A stretch of DNA of 64,000 nucleotides. Origin: a bacterium BMS3Bbin03 (GTDB lineage Bacteria; Zhuqueibacterota; JdFR-76; BMS3Abin05). The stretch covers positions 138,418-202,417 of the forward strand of contig BDTM01000128.1 in assembly GCA_002898015.1 (NCBI GenBank), given 5' to 3'. Made by a program: the position numbers and the translations under genes. Shown one piece after another: positions 47,203 to 57,147 of the stretch (its first letter is position 1; the number at the start of each line of letters is the position of its first letter). The notes beneath the pieces are model-generated. The model was not told the origin of the DNA, did no database searches, and was given only the letters and a program-made list of their open reading frames with translations.

Positions 47203-47949
47203 TTGAACACGACTTATAAGAGACTGCTGAAGATTTTAAAAAAAAGTGGATCCGGTTATTTTGTTCTTTTTGATCCGGATAATTATTCGCAGAAAAAGAT
47301 CGGCAAACATGTTGCTCTGGCGGCAGAAAATGGTGTGGATGCCTTTCTTGTTGGCGGCAGCTTATTGTTTTATACTCATTTTAGTGAATTTATCAAAACC
47401 GTAAAGAAGCACACAGATCTCCCTGTGATTATTTTTCCGGGAAGTTCAAGGCAGATTTCACCTTACGCAGATGCCATCCTGTTTTTGTCGCTTATCAGCG
47501 GGAGAAATTCAGATTACTTAATTGGTGAACACGTGATTGCTGCTCCCATTATTCGTTCGTTAAAGCTCGAGCCGATTTCAACCGGTTATCTTTTGGTTGA
47601 ATCCGGCAATGCAACGACTGTGGAGTATTTAAGCGGCACCCGTCCAATCCCAAGGAATAAGCCGGAAATTGCGATTGCACACGCACTGGCGGCTGAATAT
47701 CTTGGGATGAAAATGCTTTATTTTGAAGCCGGGAGCGGTGCGGAACACTCGGTTCCGGCGGAAATGATCCAGGCGGTTTCGAAGGAGACAACGCTGCCGC
47801 TGATTGTGGGCGGTGGAATTCGGACGCCGGAAGAAGCGCATAAGAAAGTTGAATCCGGGGCTTCTTTTATTGTGACCGGAAATATTCTTGAAAAGAAAAA
47901 AGACTCCCAGATCATTCGGGCTTTTGCCGATGCGATTCACCGGTCCTAA
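47203..47949 (+). CDS. pcrB: (Gera/hepta)prenylglyceryl phosphate synthase, GGGPS/PcrB family (TIM barrel)
   Basis: SGYFVLFDPDNY...ENGVDAFLVGGS...LPVIIFPG...IVGGGIRTPEEA...ASFIVTGN matches the conserved GGGPS/PcrB blocks. Confidence 0.7.
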   Translation: MNTTYKRLLKILKKSGSGYFVLFDPDNYSQKKIGKHVALAAENGVDAFLVGGSLLFYTHFSEFIKTVKKHTDLPVIIFPGSSRQISPYADAILFLSLISGRNSDYLIGEHVIAAPIIRSLKLEPISTGYLLVESGNATTVEYLSGTRPIPRNKPEIAIAHALAAEYLGMKMLYFEAGSGAEHSVPAEMIQAVSKETTLPLIVGGGIRTPEEAHKKVESGASFIVTGNILEKKKDSQIIRAFADAIHRS

Positions 47950-48020
47950 GCGGACAGCGGCCTGTTTATATTTAATCGGATTATTTGTAAGTTGATTGCA
48001 TTCGAACGGAAAATGATTGT

Positions 48021-48818
48021 ATGATAATCGATATTCACAGCCATATTCTTCCCGCTTATGATGACGGCGCAATCGATGAAGAAATAACCCGAAAAATGCT
48101 GCATCAGGCCTTTGAAGGCGGCACACGGGAAATGGTTTCAACGTCTCATGTGTTAAGCAATGCGGATTACGATCGACAGCCGGAAATCTTTGAGAAATTT
48201 GAAATTGTAAAAAAGATCGCATCAAATGAAGGCCTGGATATGAAATTCCATCTGGCTTCCGAAATTTACATGCACCCGGATACGGTCGTCGATCAAAAAG
48301 TGTCCACTTTTGACAATAATAAAAAGTACATGCTTGTGGAATTTTCGCTCAGAACCATACCGGAATTTGCACCGGAAATATTGTTTAACTGGGTCATGGT
48401 GGGGTACCGGCCCATTCTGGCTCATCCCGAGAGAAACCTGAAAATCTACGGTGCCCCTGTTTATGCGTATAAATTTGCTCAGATGGGTGTGCTTTTGCAA
48501 CTGAACGGAGGGAGCCTGTTCGGAATTTACGGGGACAGGGCAAAATCATTAGCCCATGAACTCATGGATCATGAGATGATTCATTTTATTGCCAGCGACG
48601 GGCACGATGTGGATTCCCGGCCTATCTATCTGGGGGACGTGTACGAGTATGTTTCCGAGCATTGGGGCGAAGCCCGGGCGGTCAAACTGATGGAGATCAA
48701 CCCTAAAAAAGCCATTCAGGCGGAAGAAATCGAAATTCAGGAACCGATTCCTTTTGAGGAAAAACTAAAAAGACCCAATAAAATTCGCGACCTTTTACAA
48801 AAAATCAGGATGAAATAA
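48021..48818 (+). CDS. PHP-family Mn-dependent protein-tyrosine phosphatase (CpsB/YwqE-like)
   Basis: MIIDIHSHILPAYDDGA...STSHV...AHPER...ASDGHD are the CpsB metal-binding His/Asp blocks. Confidence 0.7.
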   Translation: MIIDIHSHILPAYDDGAIDEEITRKMLHQAFEGGTREMVSTSHVLSNADYDRQPEIFEKFEIVKKIASNEGLDMKFHLASEIYMHPDTVVDQKVSTFDNNKKYMLVEFSLRTIPEFAPEILFNWVMVGYRPILAHPERNLKIYGAPVYAYKFAQMGVLLQLNGGSLFGIYGDRAKSLAHELMDHEMIHFIASDGHDVDSRPIYLGDVYEYVSEHWGEARAVKLMEINPKKAIQAEEIEIQEPIPFEEKLKRPNKIRDLLQKIRMK

Positions 48819-48821
48819 CGC

Positions 48822-49421
48822 ATGAACACCGATTTCGGGAACCGATTTGCAGGATTGATTCGTGACCAACTAAAGGCAAGCGCAGAAGTCAAATTGAAAA
48901 TTGCGGAAACCATTTTGCCCGATATTTTAGAAGCGGGACAGGAAATAACCCTTCGGCTGAAGGCGGGCGGCACACTGTTTTTTTGCGGAAACGGCGGCAG
49001 CGCCGCTGATTCCCAGCACCTGACGGCGGAATTGGTGAGCCGGCTGCGGATGGAACGGGCTGCTATTCCGGCCGTTGCACTCACCACGGACACGTCCATC
49101 CTGACGGCTATGGCGAACGATTACGATTACAGCCAAATCTTCTCCCGCCAGGTGGAAGCCCTGGGCAGAAAGGGGGATGTGCTTCTGGGGATCAGCACTT
49201 CCGGAAATGCCGCAAACGTGATTGAAGCCATGAAAGTCGCAAAGAGGACGGGCTTGTATCGGATCGGATTATTGGGAAAGAACGGCGGAAAACTGAAAGA
49301 CTTTGTGGATACGGCCGTGATCGTTCCCAGTTTTGACACGCAGCGCATTCAGGAAGGCCACATCACGATTGGCCATATTCTGTGTGATATCGTCGAACAG
49401 GTTCTCTTCGGTCAGGCCTGA
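48822..49421 (+). CDS. gmhA: D-sedoheptulose 7-phosphate isomerase (SIS domain)
   Basis: FFCGNGGSAADSQHLTAELVSR and GISTSGNAANV are the GmhA/SIS motifs. Confidence 0.8.
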   Translation: MNTDFGNRFAGLIRDQLKASAEVKLKIAETILPDILEAGQEITLRLKAGGTLFFCGNGGSAADSQHLTAELVSRLRMERAAIPAVALTTDTSILTAMANDYDYSQIFSRQVEALGRKGDVLLGISTSGNAANVIEAMKVAKRTGLYRIGLLGKNGGKLKDFVDTAVIVPSFDTQRIQEGHITIGHILCDIVEQVLFGQA

Positions 49422-49422
49422 T

Positions 49423-50625
49423 ATGAGCACGCAATCACAGATGATTTCCGACAAAGTGCCCACCGGTTTTTTAGACAAACTGGGGATGTTTTTTCTCTAC
49501 TCGATGGCCTTTTTTATTCCATTTTCAATTGCGGGTGAAGAAATCAGCTACGGTCTTGCGGCTCTCATTTGGTTTATTGTGGGGTTTAAAAATCGAAAAT
49601 TACCCGTTTCCAAAACCCTTTTGGAAATTCCTTTGCTGGCGTTGGTAATCGTATTAATTGCGGCTTCCATTTTTTCGCTTCGGCCGGGTGAAAGTTTCTA
49701 TAATCTTCGAAAACTGTTTTTCATCCCGGCGATTTACATTCTTCCCGCCTTTATTCAAAGCAGAAAACGATTGTGGCAGATTGTGCATCTTATGCTGCTG
49801 ATGGCGTTTCTGACGGCTCTTTACGGGTTGGTAAAATATGCGGTTACAAATTTGGGAAAGGTGATTGCGGCGGAATCCACGACAATGACCTGGGGCGCGC
49901 TCTCCGTCTTTTTTGTCCTTTTTTGGGCTGGACTTCTTGTGGGAATTCCGAAGACCCGATGGAAAATCATTTATGGCGTCGGCGTTCTGGCGCAGGGGAT
50001 CGCCCAGGTTTTTTCCTACGTGCGCGGTTCCTATCTCGGGCTGTTAACCGGTTTGATTGTGTTTGGCTGGGTTCGCAGCAAGAAACTTATTTTGTTTTTT
50101 CTCGTTTTTTTAATTGGAATTTACTTTCTCTTTCCGGGATCCATCCAACGCCGCGTGGAGAGCATCACAAATCTGAAGGTTCACAGCACACAGGTCCGGC
50201 TGACCCAATGGCGGGATGCAGTCACGATTTTACGGCATTATCCGGTTCTGGGCGTGGGGTGGATTGATTTGGGATCCCTCCACCGGAAATTCGCGCCGCC
50301 GGGTGCCGATTTGAGTGACCCGGCTTACACGATTGGTCACTTCCACAACAATCTTGTGATGATGGCCATGGTTGGCGGTGTGTTTGGATTGGCGGCTTTC
50401 ATCTGGTTATTTATTCAAATTTTGGTGGTGCTTTACCAAAAGTATGCATCAATTCCGGAGGCAGAAAATTTTCTAAAATTGGTCGTGTTGATTGCCTTTG
50501 TGTCGGTCACCGGATTTCTGGTAAACGGGCTTTTCGATTGGCTTTTCGGAGATGAAGAGGTGTTCATCCTTTTGTTTTTTACAATCGGGCTGGGATTTAG
50601 CGCGTCCAAAATTTACCGGTCTTGA
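49423..50625 (+). CDS. O-antigen ligase/Wzy-like polytopic membrane protein
   Basis: About ten TM helices with a central periplasmic loop (RGSYLGLLTGLIVFG...). ATG 49423 lies 2 nt after the gmhA stop. The ORF-track start at 49333 overlaps gmhA. Confidence 0.5.
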   Translation: MSTQSQMISDKVPTGFLDKLGMFFLYSMAFFIPFSIAGEEISYGLAALIWFIVGFKNRKLPVSKTLLEIPLLALVIVLIAASIFSLRPGESFYNLRKLFFIPAIYILPAFIQSRKRLWQIVHLMLLMAFLTALYGLVKYAVTNLGKVIAAESTTMTWGALSVFFVLFWAGLLVGIPKTRWKIIYGVGVLAQGIAQVFSYVRGSYLGLLTGLIVFGWVRSKKLILFFLVFLIGIYFLFPGSIQRRVESITNLKVHSTQVRLTQWRDAVTILRHYPVLGVGWIDLGSLHRKFAPPGADLSDPAYTIGHFHNNLVMMAMVGGVFGLAAFIWLFIQILVVLYQKYASIPEAENFLKLVVLIAFVSVTGFLVNGLFDWLFGDEEVFILLFFTIGLGFSASKIYRS

Positions 50626-50739
50626 TGAAACCGTCCGAACACCGGGGAGACACGCTGCACAAAGAGAGAAAATCGTTTAATCCCCCGGCGTGATTGTCAA
50701 AAACAGCGGCCCGGAATTTTAATTTTTTGAGACAAATAA

Positions 50740-52842
50740 ATGTTCGGTTTTTTAAATAGCGCAATTTTGGTCGGCCTTCTGGCTGTGGCGCTTCCTTTTT
50801 TGATTCATCTGCTGAATCGCCAGAAAGCAAAAAAAGTTAATTTCAGCTCGCTGGTGTTTTTGAAGAAACTCCAGCACAAAAAAATGCGGCGGGTGAAGTT
50901 CAAACAATGGCTTTTACTCATTCTTCGCGCGCTGATTATCGCCTCGCTGGTCATGGCGTTTGCACGCCCAACGATTAAAACGCAATCGTTTCTGCTGAAA
51001 GGGTCGAATATCCGGACGTCGGCCGTCATTATTTTAGACAATTCCATGAGCATGGGCGTGGAAACGGAGAGAGGCCAATTGTTCGGGCTTGCCCGGAAGG
51101 CGGCTTTGGATGTGGTGCAAAATCTGCGGAACGGAGACGAAATTGTGCTCCTCTTTCCGACGCAAAACCGCCCCGTTCGTTTTGTGAAGAGCCTGTATTC
51201 GATTTCAAAAGTAAAGGAAATTCTGGAGAAGGAACCGTTAACCTACGAGACGGGACATCTTGCCGAAACCATTCGTGAAGGCGCGGATTTGCTCCGGAAG
51301 GCCATTAATCCCAACAAAGAGCTTTATATTATTTCGGATTTTCAGCGTTCGAATTTCCCCAAGCATCTGAATCTTTTGGTGGGAAGTCCGGAAATTCGCA
51401 CGTACATTTTCTTTCTTAAATCGTCGCGGCAATCGAACATCGGTCTGACCGGCGTGAAGCTGCTGGATCAAATTATCGAGCCCAAACGTCCCGTAAAAAT
51501 TCAGGCGGGTGTGAAGAATTACGGAAATGACCGGGTCCCCGATTTACTCGTGCAGGCCTTTCTTCAGGGAAAACGTGTGGCGCAAAGCACCGTCTCACTC
51601 GATCCCAAAACCACCCGGACGGCCGCTTTCTGGGTAACACCGGAGACGAACCAATTTCAGGAAGGCAGCGTTGAGATCGAGGATGATCCGCTTTTGGAAG
51701 ACAACCGGGCGTATTTCACATTTTTTGTTCCGGATAAAGTGAATGTGCTGTTAATCGGGCCTTTAAAGCAGACGCGGTTTGTGAAATTGGCGCTCTTGCC
51801 GCAGAAGGGAAGTGAAACACAATTTCAGATTACCGAAACCGCAAATTGGAATCCGGCACGCGTGTCACTGGACGGCCGGCAGGTGGTGGTACTGATCGAT
51901 CCCCAGCCCTTTCAGACGGTACAGATCGACCGTCTCCGCCGGTACATCGAAAACGGCGGGCGGGTTGTGCTCATTCCGGGCGGGTCGATGGATTTAAAAT
52001 CGTACAACGAGATCCTGCTTTCACCGTTAAAATTGCCCATTTTCAGAGAGGCGATCGGGAAGCCGGGGCAAACGCATTCGTACATGACCTGGGGCAGCAT
52101 CGATTTCAAACACCCGATTTTTCAGGGAATGTTTCGCGAAAAGAGGCCGGAGATTGATTCGCCCCGCTTTTATCTGGCGTTGAAAACGGATGTGATGAAA
52201 AATAGTGAAGAGATCATTCAATATCGCGACGGGTCTCCGTTTTTACTGGATGTTTCCCTGGGCAAAGGACACGTCTTTCTTTTTACAAGCGGCGTTGATC
52301 CCGATTGGTCCGATTGGGCGCTCAAACCCATTTTTGCGCCGTTAATGTACCGTACGATTAGCTATCTTTCATCGATGGGGAATCTTCAGGAAACGCCCAA
52401 AAAAGTGGGTCAGCCCATCGAATTCAGCGTGAGTGAAAGCAATGAACGGCTGGTCATGGTTAAACCGGACGGACAGGAAATCGATTTGAAGCCGGCTTTT
52501 CGCGGAAAAAACGGTTTTATTCAATTCAAAGAAACAGGCGAACCGGGCATTTACACATTTTACGTGGGGCGGAAAAAAAAGAAGACCTGGGCGGTTAACA
52601 TCAATCCCGTGGAATCCAATTTGGAACAGCTTGATATTCGGGAAGTTAAAAAAATATTGGGAAACAATGTGTGGGAATTGTCGCTGAACGAAAATTTTGC
52701 CCAAAAAATTAAGGAATCCCGGTTCGGCAGGGAACTTACGCCGTACTTTTTATATTTAGCCCTGGTGCTGCTTTTTTTCGAAGTCATTTTGGCTCGAACG
52801 AAAAAAGAAAGAGTTATTCAATCAAAGGAGGGAACGACTTAA
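50740..52842 (+). CDS. BatA-like membrane protein: N-terminal double-TM aerotolerance-regulator domain + von Willebrand factor A domain + large C-terminal region
   Basis: MFGFLNSAILVGLLAVALPFLIHLLNRQKAK...KFKQWLLLILRALIIASLVMAFARP is the BatA/TIGR02226-like N-terminus. The VWA MIDAS motif is ILDNSMSMG. A C-terminal TM helix is present. Confidence 0.6.
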   Translation: MFGFLNSAILVGLLAVALPFLIHLLNRQKAKKVNFSSLVFLKKLQHKKMRRVKFKQWLLLILRALIIASLVMAFARPTIKTQSFLLKGSNIRTSAVIILDNSMSMGVETERGQLFGLARKAALDVVQNLRNGDEIVLLFPTQNRPVRFVKSLYSISKVKEILEKEPLTYETGHLAETIREGADLLRKAINPNKELYIISDFQRSNFPKHLNLLVGSPEIRTYIFFLKSSRQSNIGLTGVKLLDQIIEPKRPVKIQAGVKNYGNDRVPDLLVQAFLQGKRVAQSTVSLDPKTTRTAAFWVTPETNQFQEGSVEIEDDPLLEDNRAYFTFFVPDKVNVLLIGPLKQTRFVKLALLPQKGSETQFQITETANWNPARVSLDGRQVVVLIDPQPFQTVQIDRLRRYIENGGRVVLIPGGSMDLKSYNEILLSPLKLPIFREAIGKPGQTHSYMTWGSIDFKHPIFQGMFREKRPEIDSPRFYLALKTDVMKNSEEIIQYRDGSPFLLDVSLGKGHVFLFTSGVDPDWSDWALKPIFAPLMYRTISYLSSMGNLQETPKKVGQPIEFSVSESNERLVMVKPDGQEIDLKPAFRGKNGFIQFKETGEPGIYTFYVGRKKKKTWAVNINPVESNLEQLDIREVKKILGNNVWELSLNENFAQKIKESRFGRELTPYFLYLALVLLFFEVILARTKKERVIQSKEGTT

Positions 52843-52849
52843 TTCATTT

Positions 52850-54163
52850 ATGAAAGTGATGTATTCAATCCGGCATGAAACGCAGAAATTGAGCGAAAGG
52901 GCCGTTCTCGTTGGCACACGAACGCCTTTTCAGTTGCGCTGGGAGGTAGAAGATTACCTGGATGAATTGGAGCTGTTAGCCGACACGGCAGGCGCAGATG
53001 TGGTGGGACGCGTAATTCAAGACCGTCGCCGCCCCGATCCTGCATTTTTCATCGGCAAAGGGAAAGCCGATCTGCTGTCCGGTCTGGTCTCTCAGTTAGA
53101 TGCGAATCTGGCCATTTTCGACGATGATTTGTCGCCTGCCCAAATTCGAAATCTGGAAAATTCAACGCATGTAAAAATTCTGGACCGCAGCGCACTGATC
53201 CTGGACATTTTTGCCGGACGCGCGAAAACAAAAGAAGCCCGGACGCAGGTGGAGCTGGCGCAATTGCAGTATTTGCTTCCCCGGCTGACCCGGCGCTGGA
53301 CGCACCTTTCGCGGCAGGAGGGGGGCATCGGAACCCGCGGCCCCGGTGAAACCCAGTTGGAAACCGACCGGCGAATGCTTAAAAAGCGTATCAAAACACT
53401 GATGGACGAATTGGAAAAAATCGAAAATCAGCGGAAGACGCGCCGGAAAGGCCGGAAAGGCATCTTCAAGGTCGCACTGGTCGGGTACACCAACACCGGA
53501 AAGTCCACGCTGCTGAATATCCTTTCTGGGGCACATGCCGCGGTTGAAAACCGGCTTTTTGTCACACTGGATCCGATAGTCAGAATGCTTCGGCTCAACG
53601 CAGGGCAAAAATTGCTGCTCATTGACACAGTCGGTTTTATCCGCAAGCTTCCGCACAATCTGGTGGCTTCCTTCAAAAGTACGCTGGAAGAGACGACTTC
53701 GGCGGATATGCTGCTGCATGTGGTGGACATTAGCCATCCGCATTTCAAAGAACAGATCGCCACGGTGCGAAGCGTGTTTCAGGAATTGGAAATCGGCCGG
53801 AAGCCGACGCTTTTTGTGTTCAATAAAGTGGATCTTCTGGAAGATCAGAAACGCATTGGGTATGTGAAAAGGCATTTTCCCCAAAGCGTCACCATCTCGG
53901 CCAAAAAGGGCATATTTTTGGAGGATTTACGCCAAAAGCTCCTGACTTTTATTGAAGGGCAATTTCTGGAAGCCGATATTTCCGTCGATCCGCAAAATCA
54001 CGACATGATTTCAGCGATTTACCGGGAAATGGTGGTTCTGGGGAGCAACTTTGAAAACGGTGATCTGATCCTGCATGTGCGGACCCAACCCGGACAAATC
54101 GAATCCATTCGGCAGCGCAGCCGGGGACAGAAAACCGTTAATTTGCAGAGTATCGGAATTTAA
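52850..54163 (+). CDS. hflX: GTPase HflX
   Basis: HflX N-domain, Gly-rich segment GGIGTRGPGETQLETDRR, and G-domain motifs GYTNTGKSTLLN, DTVGFI, NKVD. Confidence 0.9.
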   Translation: MKVMYSIRHETQKLSERAVLVGTRTPFQLRWEVEDYLDELELLADTAGADVVGRVIQDRRRPDPAFFIGKGKADLLSGLVSQLDANLAIFDDDLSPAQIRNLENSTHVKILDRSALILDIFAGRAKTKEARTQVELAQLQYLLPRLTRRWTHLSRQEGGIGTRGPGETQLETDRRMLKKRIKTLMDELEKIENQRKTRRKGRKGIFKVALVGYTNTGKSTLLNILSGAHAAVENRLFVTLDPIVRMLRLNAGQKLLLIDTVGFIRKLPHNLVASFKSTLEETTSADMLLHVVDISHPHFKEQIATVRSVFQELEIGRKPTLFVFNKVDLLEDQKRIGYVKRHFPQSVTISAKKGIFLEDLRQKLLTFIEGQFLEADISVDPQNHDMISAIYREMVVLGSNFENGDLILHVRTQPGQIESIRQRSRGQKTVNLQSIGI

Positions 54164-54204
54164 TCTGAATCGTTCAAGACCCTAATCAAAAAAAGGAAGA
54201 CTAA

Positions 54205-55404
54205 ATGGCCACGGATCTAAAGAGAAAGATTGAAGCGTTCAGTCAGGAATTATCGCCGAAATTGGTTGAAATTCGCAGACATATTCACAGGAATCCGGAG
54301 CTTTCGTACCGGGAGTATGAAACAATGGCATACATCTCGAAAATCCTGTCGGAGCACCATATTCCCTATAAAAAAGGCGTGGCGGACACCGGCGTGGTGG
54401 CGCTGATCGAAGGCGAACCCGGGGGCAAGGTCGTCGCCATCCGGGCGGACATCGACGCGCTGCCGATTGAAGAAAAAAATGATGTGTCGTACAAATCCAA
54501 AAATCCCGGGGTGATGCACGCCTGCGGGCACGATTTACACGCGACGGTGGCTCTGGGAGCGGCGATTAATCTGAATCATTTTAAAAAAAGCTTCAAAGGA
54601 ACCGTGAAAATTATTTTCCAGCCCGGTGAAGAAAAGAATCCGGGCGGCGCATCGCTCATGGTCAAAGCCGGCGTTCTGGAAAATCCAAAAGTGGACATGA
54701 TTTTCGGCCTTCACAGCGACTCGCGTTTTCAGGTCGGGGAAATCGGCTACCGCTACGGCGCCGCAATGGCCGAACCGGATGAAATCGCCATTAAAATTAA
54801 AGGAAAAGGCGGGCACGGTGCGGCTCCCCATTTGACGGTGGATCCGGTCGTGATCGCCGCCGAAGTGATTCTTGCGCTGCAAAAAATTGCAAGCCGAATG
54901 ATTGATCCGACTGAAAATATCGTGGTTACCATCGGCAAGATTGAAGGCGGGCAAACCACAAATGTGATTCCCGACGAGGTGAACATGCTGGGCACGGTTC
55001 GAACACTGAATCCGGAACTCACGCCGAAGATTCCGGGAATGATCGAACAAATTTTAAAGGGCATTACGAGTGCTTACGGCGGCGATTATGAATTGAATTA
55101 CGATTTTGGGTATCCGGTGGTCATGAATGACGATCAGGCCAATGATATTTTAATCGAAGCAGGCAAAGAATTTCTCGGGTCCGAAAACGTGAAGGAAATT
55201 CCCATGCCCAGCATGGGCGGTGAAGATTTTTCCTTCTATTTGCAAAAAGTAAAAGGCACCTTTTATCGGTTGGGTACCGCAAATCCGGAGAAAGGAACGA
55301 CCGGGTACTGGCACAGTTCACATTATGATATTAACGAAGATGCCCTGCCGGTTGGGGCCGGGTTTATGGCCTATCTTGCTTTAAAAGCGCTTGAAAAATT
55401 ATAG
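54205..55404 (+). CDS. M20-family amidohydrolase (N-acyl-L-amino acid amidohydrolase/hippuricase-like)
   Basis: HIHRNPELSYREYETMAYI, ADIDALPI, MHACGHDLH, and GGEDFSFY are the M20D metal-binding blocks. Confidence 0.8.
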   Translation: MATDLKRKIEAFSQELSPKLVEIRRHIHRNPELSYREYETMAYISKILSEHHIPYKKGVADTGVVALIEGEPGGKVVAIRADIDALPIEEKNDVSYKSKNPGVMHACGHDLHATVALGAAINLNHFKKSFKGTVKIIFQPGEEKNPGGASLMVKAGVLENPKVDMIFGLHSDSRFQVGEIGYRYGAAMAEPDEIAIKIKGKGGHGAAPHLTVDPVVIAAEVILALQKIASRMIDPTENIVVTIGKIEGGQTTNVIPDEVNMLGTVRTLNPELTPKIPGMIEQILKGITSAYGGDYELNYDFGYPVVMNDDQANDILIEAGKEFLGSENVKEIPMPSMGGEDFSFYLQKVKGTFYRLGTANPEKGTTGYWHSSHYDINEDALPVGAGFMAYLALKALEKL

Positions 55405-55413
55405 GGATTTGGG

Positions 55414-57117
55414 ATGAAAAACTACCTCCCGTGGGGCGGCATTCTGGTTTTACTGACCGGTTTAATCTTTTGGACGGGAAGCGAACCTCAGGCTTTCGCA
55501 GAAACACCGCAGTTTATTCAGGGAACCAATCCGAAATACGAAGTGGGCGATTGGATTAGCTACACCGACACGCAGTACATGAACTCTATTGCGATTGGCA
55601 ATCGTTATGTTTATTTTGCAACGACGGGCGGTATCGCCCGCTACGATTTTTACGGAAACCGCTGGGCACGGCCTTTTACCTTAAGCGACGGGCTCCCGGA
55701 TAATGATATCCTCACGGTGGCATTTGATTTTGAAAGCGGTTCCGTCTATTGTGCCGGCGCTCTGGCGCTCAGTGTGCGCGATCCGGCGTCCAAACGGTGG
55801 ACAAATTACAGTTACCGGGAGATTGGGGTCGGCAGACAGCGGGTGCATTCAATCGGCTTTGACAATGAGTACGTGTATCTGGTGACGACCGGAAATGCGG
55901 CTTACCGGGGACGTCGAAACAGCACACGTTTTGAGTCGATTGCCCTGAACCGGCTCATGCATGCATCGGCAGATTCCATCGCCTGGTTTGGACGGCTGGG
56001 CTACAAGAGGCTGTCCCTGCCCAATTTTCTGATGAATTCCTCCCTTCTGTTTTTTCCGGATGATGCCCGTCCCTATTTTCAGGATGTAAATGACCGGGAT
56101 TTTGAAGTGAAATATTACGTGGAAGATCCCTGGCAATTTCTCTGGCTCGGGACCTGGGGTTTGGGCGGCGCAAAGGCGAACATGCGTACAAATTTTCTGG
56201 AGATGATTCCCTTCGGATTGATTGAGAAGGATGTGAACGCCATTGCGACCAATGGAGATGAAATGTGGCTGGGCGGCATCAACTATGGCGCTCCCATTCA
56301 CGGCATCACCCGCTGGAATCGAAAAACAGGGGATTGGGTGTATTATGAAGCCCGTTATATTATGGGGCTTCGCTCGGACGACGTCACGTCGATTGCGCCG
56401 GATGGCCGCTATGTCTGGTTTGGGACATTGGACGGGTTATCTCTGCTGGACAGGCAAAAAAATGACTGGGTCAGTTTTACAATCCTTAACGGGTTGGCTG
56501 ATAATCATGTGTACGATGTGGTGGTGGATTCGGATTTTATCTGGGTGGCGACAGAAGAGGGTCTGGATCGTGTGGATAAAGCATTGGCCGCCCGCGACAC
56601 GCTTTCCGTGAAACACATCACGCGGCCCCGTGACAAAGTGCCTGTGTATGATATCGAAATGGACAGTAATTTGGTCTGGGCAGCCACGGGTTACGGCGTG
56701 TACGTGTATAACCGGACGAATCAAAAAGGCGGTTATTATTCCGGTGCAAACGGACCGGGTACGGCTTCGGTTTTCGGGGTTTCGGTCTCCGGGAATGAAG
56801 TGTGGTTCGCCACCCGCTACGGTGTGGAAGCCTACAACAAATCGGAAAAAAAGTGGATGGGGCCGCCGGCCCGGCATCTTGTTCCGGATTTAAAGGCGTT
56901 CGCAATTCGGGCTACCCCAAAGGCGGTTTGGCTTGGAACCACAAACGGCGTTTACAAATATGACAGGCGGCGCGATTTCTGGCGAAAGTTCAGCCAAATC
57001 GACGGTCTTTTGGATCCAAGGGTGCAGGACATTTTGCCGGATGGAAATTACATCTGGTTCGGCACGCGGGAAGGGCTCACGCGTTTTTACTGGAATGCGC
57101 CTTATCGCATTGATTAA
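55414..57117 (+). CDS. Secreted two-component-regulator-propeller (beta-propeller repeat) protein
   Basis: Signal peptide, then repeated WxGTxxGLxRYD-like blades: VYFATTGGIARYD, LWLGTWGLGG, VWFGTLDGLSLLD, IWVATEEGLDRVD, VWAATGYGVYVYN, VWLGTTNGVYKYD, IWFGTREGLTRFY. Confidence 0.6.
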   Translation: MKNYLPWGGILVLLTGLIFWTGSEPQAFAETPQFIQGTNPKYEVGDWISYTDTQYMNSIAIGNRYVYFATTGGIARYDFYGNRWARPFTLSDGLPDNDILTVAFDFESGSVYCAGALALSVRDPASKRWTNYSYREIGVGRQRVHSIGFDNEYVYLVTTGNAAYRGRRNSTRFESIALNRLMHASADSIAWFGRLGYKRLSLPNFLMNSSLLFFPDDARPYFQDVNDRDFEVKYYVEDPWQFLWLGTWGLGGAKANMRTNFLEMIPFGLIEKDVNAIATNGDEMWLGGINYGAPIHGITRWNRKTGDWVYYEARYIMGLRSDDVTSIAPDGRYVWFGTLDGLSLLDRQKNDWVSFTILNGLADNHVYDVVVDSDFIWVATEEGLDRVDKALAARDTLSVKHITRPRDKVPVYDIEMDSNLVWAATGYGVYVYNRTNQKGGYYSGANGPGTASVFGVSVSGNEVWFATRYGVEAYNKSEKKWMGPPARHLVPDLKAFAIRATPKAVWLGTTNGVYKYDRRRDFWRKFSQIDGLLDPRVQDILPDGNYIWFGTREGLTRFYWNAPYRID

Positions 57118-57147
57118 TTTGTCGATTTCAACCTTAAAAAAGGAGCA

